In this document: positions 25,875 through 37,200 of the stretch, piece by piece | Layout: the number at the start of each line of letters is the position of its first letter | Position numbering within the stretch: position 1 is the first letter of the stretch | Assembly (NCBI GenBank): GCA_964188305.1 | Contig: OZ076886.1 | From: Podarcis bocagei | Taxonomy: Eukaryota | DNA: 64,000 nucleotides | Direction: 5' to 3' (one strand) | Program-made: the position numbers and the translations under genes | The notes under the pieces: generated by a model | Databases searched by the model: none | The model's input: only the letters and a program-made list of their open reading frames with translations | What the model was told of the DNA's origin: nothing

Positions 25875-26619
25875 CTGTTAGATCCAGAGAAATCTAATCC
25901 TACTGCAGAGTTGCTTAACTAGTTAATTCAAATGAAAGTATGCAGGAAGCTAAATAGCCACCAGTCATTCATGACCTTACCCTGTATTTGTATGCTCTAG
26001 GCCAGGGGTGGACTGAAGATACTCTACTAACAGATCCCCAAGTGGTTTATAGTAGATTGTTAAAAACTAAGGATTAGAAATCCTTGCCAATTGCAGCAAC
26101 AAAATGACCCCCTACTGTCTTACATTATACTGTTGAAATGAACTGCTCCAATTGGCTTGTCAATTTTGGAAACGTTGGAGGAGATCGGAAGCACTTCACA
26201 TTTCCCAAGTGCTCTGATCTTGAAATAAATAAAAAACCAAAAGAAGACAGAGCTGATGGCAGATGCGCATTACAGGTAATGGCCTTGCTGTGTGTCAGAT
26301 TGGGTGGACTGGCTGATGCAAAGGGACCAGCCCTGCAGTGACCTTCTGGTCTTCAGCAAGCCAGAGAGTTGTGCAGTGTTAGCTGGAGTTCTGATTTATT
26401 ATTTGCCTAGCTAAGAAGAGGCAGGGTGTTGTGTGGTGAGCACCCTCTCTGGAGCAGGCTGAACTCTGGCAAAAGCCTGGGGTTCCTCACAAGAGGGTTC
26501 AAGGCAACTGAACATGATAATTAATCAGCAGCTAGTGCAAATCATGTAGAATAAGCATTCATATACATTAATCACAGATTCAAAGTGCCTTGCATTCTGG
26601 CTGCAACTAATTGAGGTTT

Positions 26620-27085
26620 CCAAACACTTTTGAAAGGCAGCCCCCCATAAACAGTTACAGCACTGTCATCTGAAGGTCACTAGAGGAGGAGGAATGACTG
26701 TGGCAAGATTCCCTGTGTCAGGGAGGATGATAGCTGTTGCACCTGGTGATACTGGGAAAAGGCACCCCTCACCACCTGCAGAAACAGGACCCAGATCAAG
26801 AAGCACCCCCAAACTAAGCATCTGCACTTTCACACTTTCCACCCAGAACAGGCTGCAAAACCAATCTCATATCACACGGTCCAACTACCAACAGTACCTC
26901 TTCTGTCTGAATTATGTTTGCCCTCATTGCACCCTATCCAGTCCATCACAGACATCAGAGAGCAATTCAGCCTTTCAACTATCTTACAGGAACAAATGAA
27001 AATGAGAGAGAGGTGGCTGTCATCTGCATACTGATGACTCCACAGCCAAAATCTACAAATGACCTCTGCCAGCAGTTTCATGTAG
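26620..27085 (-). mobile_element. Degenerate L2/CR1-clade RT fragment
   Basis: HQYADD RT catalytic motif in ORF 26872-27081, frameshifted. Confidence 0.65.
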
Positions 27086-28406
27086 ATGTTGAACAGAATC
27101 TACATGTGTATTTTATAAGCCAAATAGTTCCAAAATGTGCTGCTGGTGGTTTTGAACACTTTCCTTCATGTGCAACACACTCAGATGCAGCATGGAGGAG
27201 GTGTCAATGCCAAAAGATTAAAGGGACCAGAGAAGAATCTGGGATCAGATGTTCAACAAGGTTCTATTTTAGACCAAGCAGCATTGCCAAAACATTGTGA
27301 CAGTTTTGTTTAAACATACTTGAGGATCCAAGAAAAGACTGCATTCACTCCCTTTTGCCTTAGATGAAGAAGTAATGTGTGGTCCAGACAGAACAACAGA
27401 AGACCTACCATCTATTTACAACCCATCACCCTACAGGTAGACAACACCATGAATTAAGATACAGCCAGTGACAGAAATAGAATATGACATCACACCAAGT
27501 CAACAACAAAAGCTACAATCCTGACTGGTAGTGGCAGCAAAGAGGAAAAAGGAACAATCATCAGCCCATGACTTTCACTCACATCACTCTGTCAACCTCA
27601 GACTGAAATTCCCTATGTCAACAACTCTGACCACACATTTTAACCAAAACAGCTAAAGTGACAACATCAGTTGGAGAGGCCGGGGAAAATCTGTCAAAAT
27701 GGGAAGAAAGTTTTGAAACACACACGGGCAAAGATAATTTGCTTCTTAATAATGACCTTTGCCAACAACTTCCCAAAAGGTTGCAATTCTCCCCATAAAA
27801 TGTGGGAGAACATCCAGGAACGCTCCAGCTATCCTTTCTCTAAGTCAGGGATGGGGAACTGTGCCCCGCCAATGTTACTAGACTACAACTCACATCATCC
27901 CTTCCTATTGGCTATTTGGGCCAGGGTTGATAGAAGCAGAAGCCCAACAACTTTGGGAGAGTTACAGGCTCCCCACCTCTACTCCGTGCAATAGACACTT
28001 GCAGAGTTAGAGCAGCATCCGGCTCCAACAGCTTGATAACAAATAGTAAGAAAGAGTGAGTTGAAGTGGGCTTTTGAGAACCGATGGGGCTTCTCTAAGG
28101 CCAAAATCAAAGCCACACACCAAGCAGCTGTGGCCTCATTAAAGTTGAGCACCCTACACTTTAGCTTAGCATGAGGAAAGAGGTAGTCAACAGTCATAGC
28201 CAGAATGGCTGTCGGAGCTAAGGCTATAGACTTTTGCGGGCTTCTCTGAAAAATATCAGAGCCCTATTTCAGATTCCAGTTATACACTCAACCACAAGCA
28301 TACGCATGCACCAAGAGGCACAGAACAGCAGCAGCTCTGGAGCAGAGTCTCGAGGGAACCCACCGATTCTGGCACCCCTGGAAACCGTGCTCCCTTGTCA
28401 ACTCAC

Positions 28407-28596
28407 TCTGCTCATTCCAGGCTGCCGTGTGCTCAGATTCATAGGCTGCCTCCCCAACGTTCGGTGCCCCAGCATCACTCCGTGGCCCCCAGTAAAAGAT
28501 CCGCCCTGCCAGACTCTCCAGTTTCTGTAGCGCCGACATCTTACACCCTTTGTCCTTGCTGGAGTTTTGAGAGTTCACCTCAGCTCCATGGCTCAT
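28407..28596 (-). CDS. PRKACA: Alternative long first exon of PKA C-alpha (C-alpha-L, paralogous to the C-beta2 N-terminus)
   Basis: 63 codons + 1 nt, GTGAGT donor at 28406, phase 1; ALQKLESLAGRIF and SEHTAAWNEQ-MKEF parallel C-beta2 ALQKLEGFASRLF and SEHTALWDRS-MKEF. Confidence 0.9.
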
Positions 28597-31446
28597 GTTT
28601 CTCTTTTATTTTATCACCGATTCTTTTCCTCTGCCCCAGCTCTGCTCTCGGAGCAAACACAGCCAAGCAGCTCAGTCAGGATCCAGGAGGGCACTCTCTT
28701 CAGTCATTGCTATTTGCCAACAGGTAGAGGCAGCGGCACTGCTTTTCCTGTCCCGCCACAGGAAGAGAGGGGTAAAGGCAGCAACTGGAGAACAGACACA
28801 GCCCCAGATTCAGCAGAGCTCTTAACATTCCCCTCCAAGTGATTCACACAGGCATTTTGGCTTGAGCCGACTGCTCTCGACTTCCATCAAACCCACCTCC
28901 CTGGACCATAGCATTCATGTCAGTTCAGCAACAAGTCTGGGGCAGCCATCCATATCAGGTTTTCCCAAGCTCCCATGCTAAGGCTCAGAAAGGCTCCAAG
29001 ACAGTTCATTCCATAGTCTCTCTGTTTAGAAAGAAATACAGGGAGCCTGGTCACTTACACAGCTGATCAGAGGGTGAACAGCAGGCAGATTTGATTAATA
29101 CAGAGGGAGGAAGGCCTGCCAGATCAGCAGTAGCAAGGACTATGCAATGAGGCTTAAAATAGCTCACAAATTCTCCGAATCTCTTTTGCCCTCAGGGCTG
29201 AAGGTAGGGCAAATAAGGAAATTGTCAGGTAGGGAAGCCCTATTATCTTCCAAAACGAGGTGATTCTTTAACAGAAAGAAGAAACAATTCAAGGAGAGAG
29301 GGAGACTGAGATAGAATCATAGAATTGTAGAGTTGGAAGGGACCAAGATGTTCAGATAACTTGATGAAACTAGAGCACGCCAAAGCAAACCTCTGATGCT
29401 GTAGATGGAATAAGACAAGGTGTGGCCCCCCAAAACTCAAAGTAGGAGCTCATTCAAGTCCATATCCCCTTGGATGCTCCATGTTCTGAAGATAGAAATC
29501 ACTCTTTCTAAACACTAATACAACATTCCAAGGGTGAACATTCATTTGCAGAATGGCAGTCCTCATAACTTCTGGATTCTATTGCTAAGCAGCCCCCAAA
29601 AGCTCATATTCTCTGAATGAAGCAAAAGATTACTGCACAGTCCAGAGTGTGTGGATAAACATGGGAAGAGAAACCAGAAATCTTGCTTCTAAAGCTTTGT
29701 CCTTCTCTCAAGGTTAAGAAGCCTTTCTTAGGCAAGGCCATCCAGAACAGAGAAGAATGGAGGTAAGGAAAAGGAAAGAAGAAAAAATACAGGGCGACGT
29801 CTCTTCCTCATAGGACTGCTTGCCAAAGAGCTCTAAAAATATTAGATGTCACGGTGGACCTCCAAAGAACAACCAAGTCATAAGGGACAGGAAGGAGTTA
29901 TTGCTTTAGCCCCCCAAAGCTACGCAGGACGTAAGTGACCAACCGGCCAACCAAGTGCATCCACAGAAAAAGCTGGGTCCAAAATTGGAAGCTGAATTCG
30001 GAGTCGCCTTCCCACATACTCTGAGGACTACGGGGTTCAGCTTCCATATCGCTGTTTCCAGACGACAGCCTTGTTCTCTACGCCTTCAGCACAGATCCAG
30101 ACTCAGGCTGCATAGTTCATTCTGCTTGTGCTGCAACTCTCCATTGTCCCTCAAAGCAGAGCTGGCTCTTGATTCAGAGACTGTCTGCAGGGCAAGCAGA
30201 GCAAGCAGAGTGGCAGGGTAGCTTGCGGTATTGTTTCAGGAAAAGCCCCAAAGGAACTGCCTTGAAGTGGGAAGAAGAAGAGAAGAGGCTGGGCATGGTG
30301 CCAGCTTTGTACAAAGTCCTTAAAGGAACAGGCTACCAACTTCGCATCTTCTGCACTAATGTTCAGCAAAACATGCACACAAAGGTTGTCCATGAGGAAA
30401 CGGCACTCCTCCATTCTCCATTCTCTCTGCTGAAACTGTTGAGATGCACCAGCTTAAGGACTGAAACTCTGAACTATTAACTAAGAATGCAAAGAGGATC
30501 CCCTTTGCTGCTCTGCATTTCATAAAGTTCAGAAAGCCTCTCTGCAGGCCAACACTTTATCATCATTCAGATCACAAAGCAAGAACACAGTCACTTCCTC
30601 CGAGAGCAGTCAGATTTGACTACTGCCAAAGACAGCTTACTGAACTAGGTAGACTAATGATGCACCCAGGAAGAACAACTTCTCACATGGCTGGAAAATG
30701 CTTCAAACTGAGTATTAAGCATGCCATTTCTGGAAATCCAAACCATTATTCTAGACCCGACTTACAGAAAAGACAAAAGTTCGCAACAACTACTGCTCAT
30801 ACTGCAAATCCGTTGGGTGCATGTTAACGCATCTCTAGCAGAAAAACAAAGGAAATAATGAGACTCTTCTGCACAGTACTACAATTCAGCTGAATCAATC
30901 CAGATCAAATACATCAATGTGATATGCAGCAGAAGTAGAGCAAACAATTTCCTTCCTAGACTGACTTGTAGGCAGTAGTAGAAACCAAGTACTTAGAGCA
31001 GGGTAGACCTACTAACTGCAGATAAGTTGCCAGGTTTCCAAGCTCTCAAGAAGTTAGGAATCTTAATTTGTGGCATTAAAAAACAAACAAGTTCTCACCT
31101 TTGAAGACACAGAAAGGGTTAAACATTGTGCAGGTGAGGCTTCATTAGATCAGGTGATTATTATTTTTTTGTCATCCCAGGAGGCAAATCTCTGACGGGT
31201 TCAGCACAAAAGCTTAAAATATTTTTTAATGAGCATGCTGGAATAGATGCAACCAGCCACAGCGGCAGAAAGCAATGGTTGTGTAAGACATGGAATGGCA
31301 CACCAAGAGGAGAGGGGGAAGAGTCCTTGAGGTGCTCTGCCCTCCTCAGCAATTTCCGTGCCTCTGACTTAACAGGGTTACCCTTCAACACTACAAGCAG
31401 ATATGCAAGCTGCTGAGCAGGAGTCCAACCAGATGAAGAAGACCTA

Positions 31447-31622
31447 CTGTATTTTTCCATGTATAAGACTAGGTTTCCCCCCCTAAAAAATAATGTCAAA
31501 AATTAGGGGGCATCTTATACTGTACACGGCTACATCTCCCCCCCCCCCATTTTCTTAATTCTGGGTCCCCCAAAATAGGGGGCGTCTTATACATGGGGGC
31601 GTCTTATAGACGGAAACTACAG
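31447..31622. mobile_element. Tc1/mariner (pogo/Tc2-like) MITE
   Basis: TIRs CTGTATTTTTCCATGTATAAGAC / GTCTTATAGACGGAAACTACAG with TA on both sides; repeated GGGGGCGTCTTATA. Confidence 0.75.
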
Positions 31623-32302
31623 TAACTGGAAAGGCTAAGTGAATGGACAGTTTGGGATGACAGCAAGTGGTCTGTACAAGTAAATTCTGTACCCATAATA
31701 CCTTTACCATAATACTGCTACATCAAAGTTCTCATCAGTTTTTGGCACATACAATTGTGCGAAGGGGAGAAAGGTGCTGTATCCTACCTCCAGGATCAGA
31801 GGTGGCACACCTCTGTATACCAGTTGCTGGAGTGTACATATCCTACCTCCTCCCAATATCTGGTACCTGGTTGGCCATGGTGGGAAACAAGATGCTAAAT
31901 CATATCAGCTTTTGATTGGATCCAGCAGGGCTCTTCTTATATCATTAACTACTTGGGGGTCAACCCCTGCCCCCCCCCCATTTGGCAGAACTATTGTAGC
32001 GTAATATAAACTACCAACTAAAGGACAATTAATGCCTTCTTAATTACACACATTTTGAAGCCCAAAGAGAACATTTAGATGCTGGTACAGGGCCGTACAA
32101 GATGCTTTTCACACAGTTAGCAATTGAATTAATGGCCTTTTTAAAAAAGGAACTTAGTAGGCACAGGGATTCAGTATGAATTGACAGGAGAACAGGGAGC
32201 TTTAACCTCTTACTGCTGCTGCAATCCTTATCTGGATTGGGAGTTCCACACCTGCCATTTGCAGTGGAAGAAAAGCTTCCAGATTATACATGGACAAGTC
32301 TT

Positions 32303-33721
32303 TTAGAAGGTTTTAACAATGTATTTGGATGGCATGCATACTTGTGGTATGATAAGGTCAAAGCACATAAAGCATTTAAAAACCATATTGTCAGGAAAGC
32401 ATTGTTTAATGTTTGGATAAGATATAAGGACCTATTGGAAAATAAAACCCCAAGGTGGCTGTCACCGATGGAAGCGAAGGCTCAGAAAAAGCTCAATATG
32501 GAGGTCAAATGGCCGAAATATTGGGAAATTTTGGAACAAGAGGGAGAAAGACTGAAATTGCAGAGTTTTGAGAAATTAAAAAACAAAGTGCGAGACTGGC
32601 TTCATTATTATCAGATAATGGAGGCATACAATTTGGACAAGAAAATTGGCTTCCAGGTGGAAAAATCAAAATTAGAAACAGAACTGTTAGAACCCAAAAC
32701 TAAGTTTTTGTCAAAGATGTATAACTTGCTGTTGAAATGGAATACACAGGATGAAACGGTGAAATCTGCTGATTAAATGGGAACAAGATGTTGGACATAA
32801 CATAATGATGGCTGACTGGGAACAGTTATGGACCACAGGTATGAAGTTTACGGCATGTAATGCCTTAAGAGAGAATATTATGAAAATTATATACAGGTGG
32901 TACATGACCCCAGTCAAGCTTGCAAAAATCTATCATTTGCCCGATAGTAAATGTTGGAAATGTAAAGAAACTGAAGGTACATTCTTTCACCTTTGGTGGA
33001 CGTGCCCAAGGATTAAGGCTTTCTGGGAGGTGATTTATAATGAAATGAAAAGGGTATTTAAATATACCTTTCTGAAGAAACCAGAGGCCTTTCTCCTGGG
33101 CATGGTCGGCCAAATGGTGCCAAAGAAGGACAGAACTTTTTTTATGTATGCCACAACAGTAGCAAGAATACTTATTGCAAAGTATTGGAAGACACAAGAT
33201 CTACCCACTCTGGAAGAATGGCAGATGAAGGTGATGGACTACATGGAATTGGCAGAAATGACTGGCAGAATCCAAGACCAGTGAGAAGAGTCGGTGGAAG
33301 AAGACTGGAAGAAATTTAAAGACTATTTACAAAAAATTGCAAAATTAATGAATGTTAGAATGATGTCAGAATGAAGTTAAGTGGTTTAAGCAACAATGTT
33401 ATAAAGGTGTATGTAAAAATGGATTGTTAACAGGTAAGAATCCAAAGTTATAATATATTATGTTAAAGGACTAAGATAAAAACAAAGAGGGAAAGAAATT
33501 GCTGAATTAACTAACTGAATTGGAATACAAAAAAGGGAGGCGTGAGGAGGTCAGGGAAACAAGGAAATGAATGTAAGGTATGGAAAGACTGATGTATTTT
33601 TTTAAAGTGTTTTTTTATCTTTTTTGTATTTGTATTTTTTCTTTTATTTTTACTTTTGTCTTTCTTTTTCTTCTTTTTTTTAATTCATGTAATTCTTTTC
33701 TTTGAAACCTTAATAAATATC
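32303..33721 (+). mobile_element. 5'-truncated L1-clade LINE, same family as 3060-4060, disrupted
   Basis: ORF2 C-terminus with CWKC-x8-H-x4-C; 2-nt frameshift near 32770 and premature TGA at 33282-33284 relative to the other copy; AATAAA but no A-tail. Confidence 0.9.
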
Positions 33722-33910
33722 AACGTTGGAGGCTATACACCACACCCCCTCAACAGTATTTATAGGAACTCAAACACTGAGATCCTGCTCTGTTCCAGTA
33801 ACAAGAAGCCGAAAGCACCAGCCTGAAGATGACGAGTGAGACCTCGTCGAAACGTCGCCTAGACACCCCAACTCTTACACGGGAAGACACCCGAAGACAC
33901 CAAAACCTGC

Positions 33911-33938
<28 letters not shown>
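33722..33938 (+). mobile_element. Penelope-like pLTR fragment plus (AT)n tail fused to the L1 3' end
   Basis: Contains a hammerhead core; followed by (AT)n at 33911-33935 and the right copy of the 15-bp TSD. Confidence 0.7.
33821..33858 (+). ncRNA. Minimal hammerhead ribozyme motif
   Basis: CUGAAGA-U-GACGAG UGAGAC CUCGUC-GAAA-CG-UC: perfect 6-bp stem II, GUC cleavage triplet, stem I only 2 bp. Confidence 0.6.
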
Positions 33939-33942
<4 letters not shown>

Positions 33943-34000
33943 GGACAAGTCTTCAGTTGCTCAGAGGTGGCCACTGGCAAGCAAAATTCAGGATACTACT

Positions 34001-34253
34001 GAGCCAGTGTGGTGTAGTGTTTAAGAGCGGTAGTCTCGTAATCTGGGGAACCGGGTTTGCGTCTCTGCTCCTCCACATGCAGCTGCTGGGTGACCTTGGG
34101 CCAGTCACACTTCTCTGAAGTCTCTCAGCCTCACTCACCTCACAGAGTGTTTGTTGTGGGGGAGGAAGGGAAAGGAGAATGTTAGCCGCTTTGAGACTCC
34201 TGAAGGGGAGTGAAAGGCAGGATATCAAATCCAAACTCCTCTTCTTCTTCTTC
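34001..34253 (+). mobile_element. tRNA-derived squamate SINE (Squam3-like), full length
   Basis: A-box TGGTGTAGTG, B-box-like GGGTTTGCGTCT, body and (CTT)n tail; closely similar to the 41.1-41.4 kb copy. Confidence 0.85.
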
Positions 34254-37200
34254 ATAGACTCTGAACATGGGGTCAACTTGTCCTGGGGCAATGCACCTTG
34301 AGAACAAGCAAAATCAAACTGTGCTACCATCAGCTTTGTTTCTTAGAAATGGAACACGTCTTTCTTTTGAAGTCTGAATATATCACCTCATCACTGTATA
34401 TCTTTCAAATGTACCAAATTGATAGGTAATGGAACCAATTTTCTCATTATGTAAACTCAATACCAGAATGTACTTAGTGGCATCCTCTTCCAACTGCACC
34501 TACTGGACTGTCACAACACTCTTTAGAACTGGATCTCAGAACTTGCGAGTAAGATGCAGAAGCCCCCCCCCCTTTCAGAAAGGAAAGTGAATATTTGGGA
34601 CTTGAGGATATTTCAGACTTTTCTTTCTTGGCACACTCTGCCAGCAGATTCTTTTGACAGAGCTCTTTCTGTTCTTTGCTACCTTACAATGAACCCAATT
34701 TCATATGTCAGATATTGGGAGTGTCTAATCGGTTAAGCTGACTCCCTGGGAACTTGGGTCACCCTAATTGGCTGAAAGAATCATCTGGTACGATACGACT
34801 CCCTGCCATTCCGAGCAGCCTGGAATACTTCACTAAGAATGAAAGTGGCTAGAAACATGAAGCTCCCACACAGAAGCTACAAACGAAACACTGAGGAATG
34901 CTTCTCAGTTAAAACACGCCAGGCAATATTATTTAATTTGACATATTCAACACTGCCTCTTAACCAGAATGGTTCATGAGAGGGCTCACAATGTGCAAAA
35001 GGCATGCATTAAAGCCACAGTAAAGAGCAATAGGTAGCAAACCTGCATAACGACCTGCATCAGAATTAGTTAAAACAAAGATGGTTGGGGAAGCTGAATC
35101 TTTTAATTTCTGCTAACAGACTGTGGTTAACTACTGGCCATTCCTTTCCCTACATTTCAGTAATTGCTGGTGGTGTAAACTGATGTAAATCAATTAGGTA
35201 GCACTGACCACCTGAATTTTTGATGTGGGAGTTGTACCACTCACCAGATAGAGTGAGATATGCAACAATTAGTGCTTTTAGAGGGCGGGCTTCTGCACAT
35301 TTGTCATTTTTTACAAAACACTAGTAGATGGAGTCCTCCATTAATTGGCAAGCACAAAATATAAGTGGTTACCAATGGAGGTTGCAGAAATGGTATGAGC
35401 GGAAACATGCTTATACATGCTGTGCACATTATTATACTTAACTAAAATATGAAAGTCAGCTATGTCCCTTTAGTTCATTATCCATTCCCAGCACTTTAAC
35501 AAGTTTGCTGCCGAGAGCCACAGTTTTCACTGTAAAATCCTCCAGTTATGTTTGCCTGCATAGTTTCTGTCTTATGTATTTTCATAAACAAGTCTTAAAT
35601 TACACCTGAAAACTTTAATGAGAGAAAGGAAGGAGAATTGGTGAATAGTCTTTGTTTTTAAAACAAATGCCATAAAGCATAAAATGGCTTCTGAATTCAA
35701 AATTCCAAACCACTACCAAATAATGAGTTATGCTCAATGGAAAATATTGTTTAGAAACTTTTGGCAGAGTTTTATCCTGATGTTTGCAGCATCAGCATAT
35801 CAATGTTTAGAATGAGACATCAAGAGATATACCATCAAGCCAAAGAGCAACACTTTAGAATTGGAGCACCACACTTACAGAGTTCCATACCCGCTAATGT
35901 AACATGATATCAGGGTTTGCATAGTTAATGCAAGCTTGCCAGTAAGCCCACGCTACTCAGGAAAGCTAGGGCTTTGTCTGTGTGAAGTCTCCAAACAGCT
36001 TTTTTTTATATAAATGTCAGAATTTTAATTCCCCCCTCCTCCGTTTGCTGACAGCAATGTAATCAAGAGGTATTCTGTGAAAAATAAGGGCCTCTCAGAC
36101 ACAAGGTACAGAACAATATTGAGCTACAACTATCCTGTTAGGAGTTTGCAAAGGGTGGTGATCCCATTACACAGCTTCCCCACAAAAAAAGGCAAAACTT
36201 CACAGCAAAATCATTTTTTTTCTTCCACAAGTCTGAACCCCACAATGAGGATATCACACATTCTCATGCACATTTTCCACAGCCAGGCTGGACAAGTTGA
36301 TTTCATTCTCAATACAGCTGGCAGGTATAAAGCATAAAATAGTAGTATTGTCAACCAGCAGCTAAATTCACCAATGCTGTCCATCCTTCTGACTGTCCCG
36401 TTCCAAAATGCTGAACCCAGCATACCAGTCTAAAGTAGGACTACAACTCCCATCTTAGCCGACCACGGGTCATGCTGACTGCAGCAGATGGGAGTCCAAC
36501 AAAAGCTGGTAGACCAGAAATCAACCTGACCTAAAGGCTTTGTGTAACAAAACAGTACGGCTCAGTGCAATATGCTGACCTCTACACAATAAGTACAAGT
36601 CAGAATAAGCTGCACCTTAGGTACTCACACATCTACATGTAATGGGGCCTGGATGTATATTGTTTTCACAATGTGTATACACAAACATATGTCCCCCCCC
36701 CCACACTTCCTATAGATAGTGCTTTAGGTATGAAGAAGAGCAAGAAAAGACATGGCTATTATGTTTGCTGGCTGATCAGCTGAAATCCATTCCTCTCTCA
36801 AAGTGGCTCCTTGCTCTGTGAACAGGATTGCAAAGGAGAGAATGAAGATACCAATATAGCTCTTGCAACAATCATTTGGGATTTGAAAGTGATCCTTCTT
36901 TGCAGCCTCAACCTTACATGGCTTTGTAAAGTTTATCTAGATGTAAACTGGAAGATTTATCTACATGTTAAGGATTTCTCATTGCATCAAGCAGGCTTAC
37001 TTCCAAAGTACACATTGTTAGGATCTGACTGTTTGCGATATTTTAGCACCTCGCTACACATAATGCATTGCTAATGAGTGTTCCACTTTCTGAAACCTTA
37101 TTCCTTTATATGTACTTCACACCCTCTCTCACCATATACCGTAGCTCTAAAGCCACAGGTTTGCTCTCAAGAGGCACATGTATGTGCTAAGAGCTTTGCA

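Noticed and set aside
34001-34080. tRNA gene (also at 47590-47670)
   Set aside because: A/B-box heads belong to SINEs with body and tail; no cloverleaf
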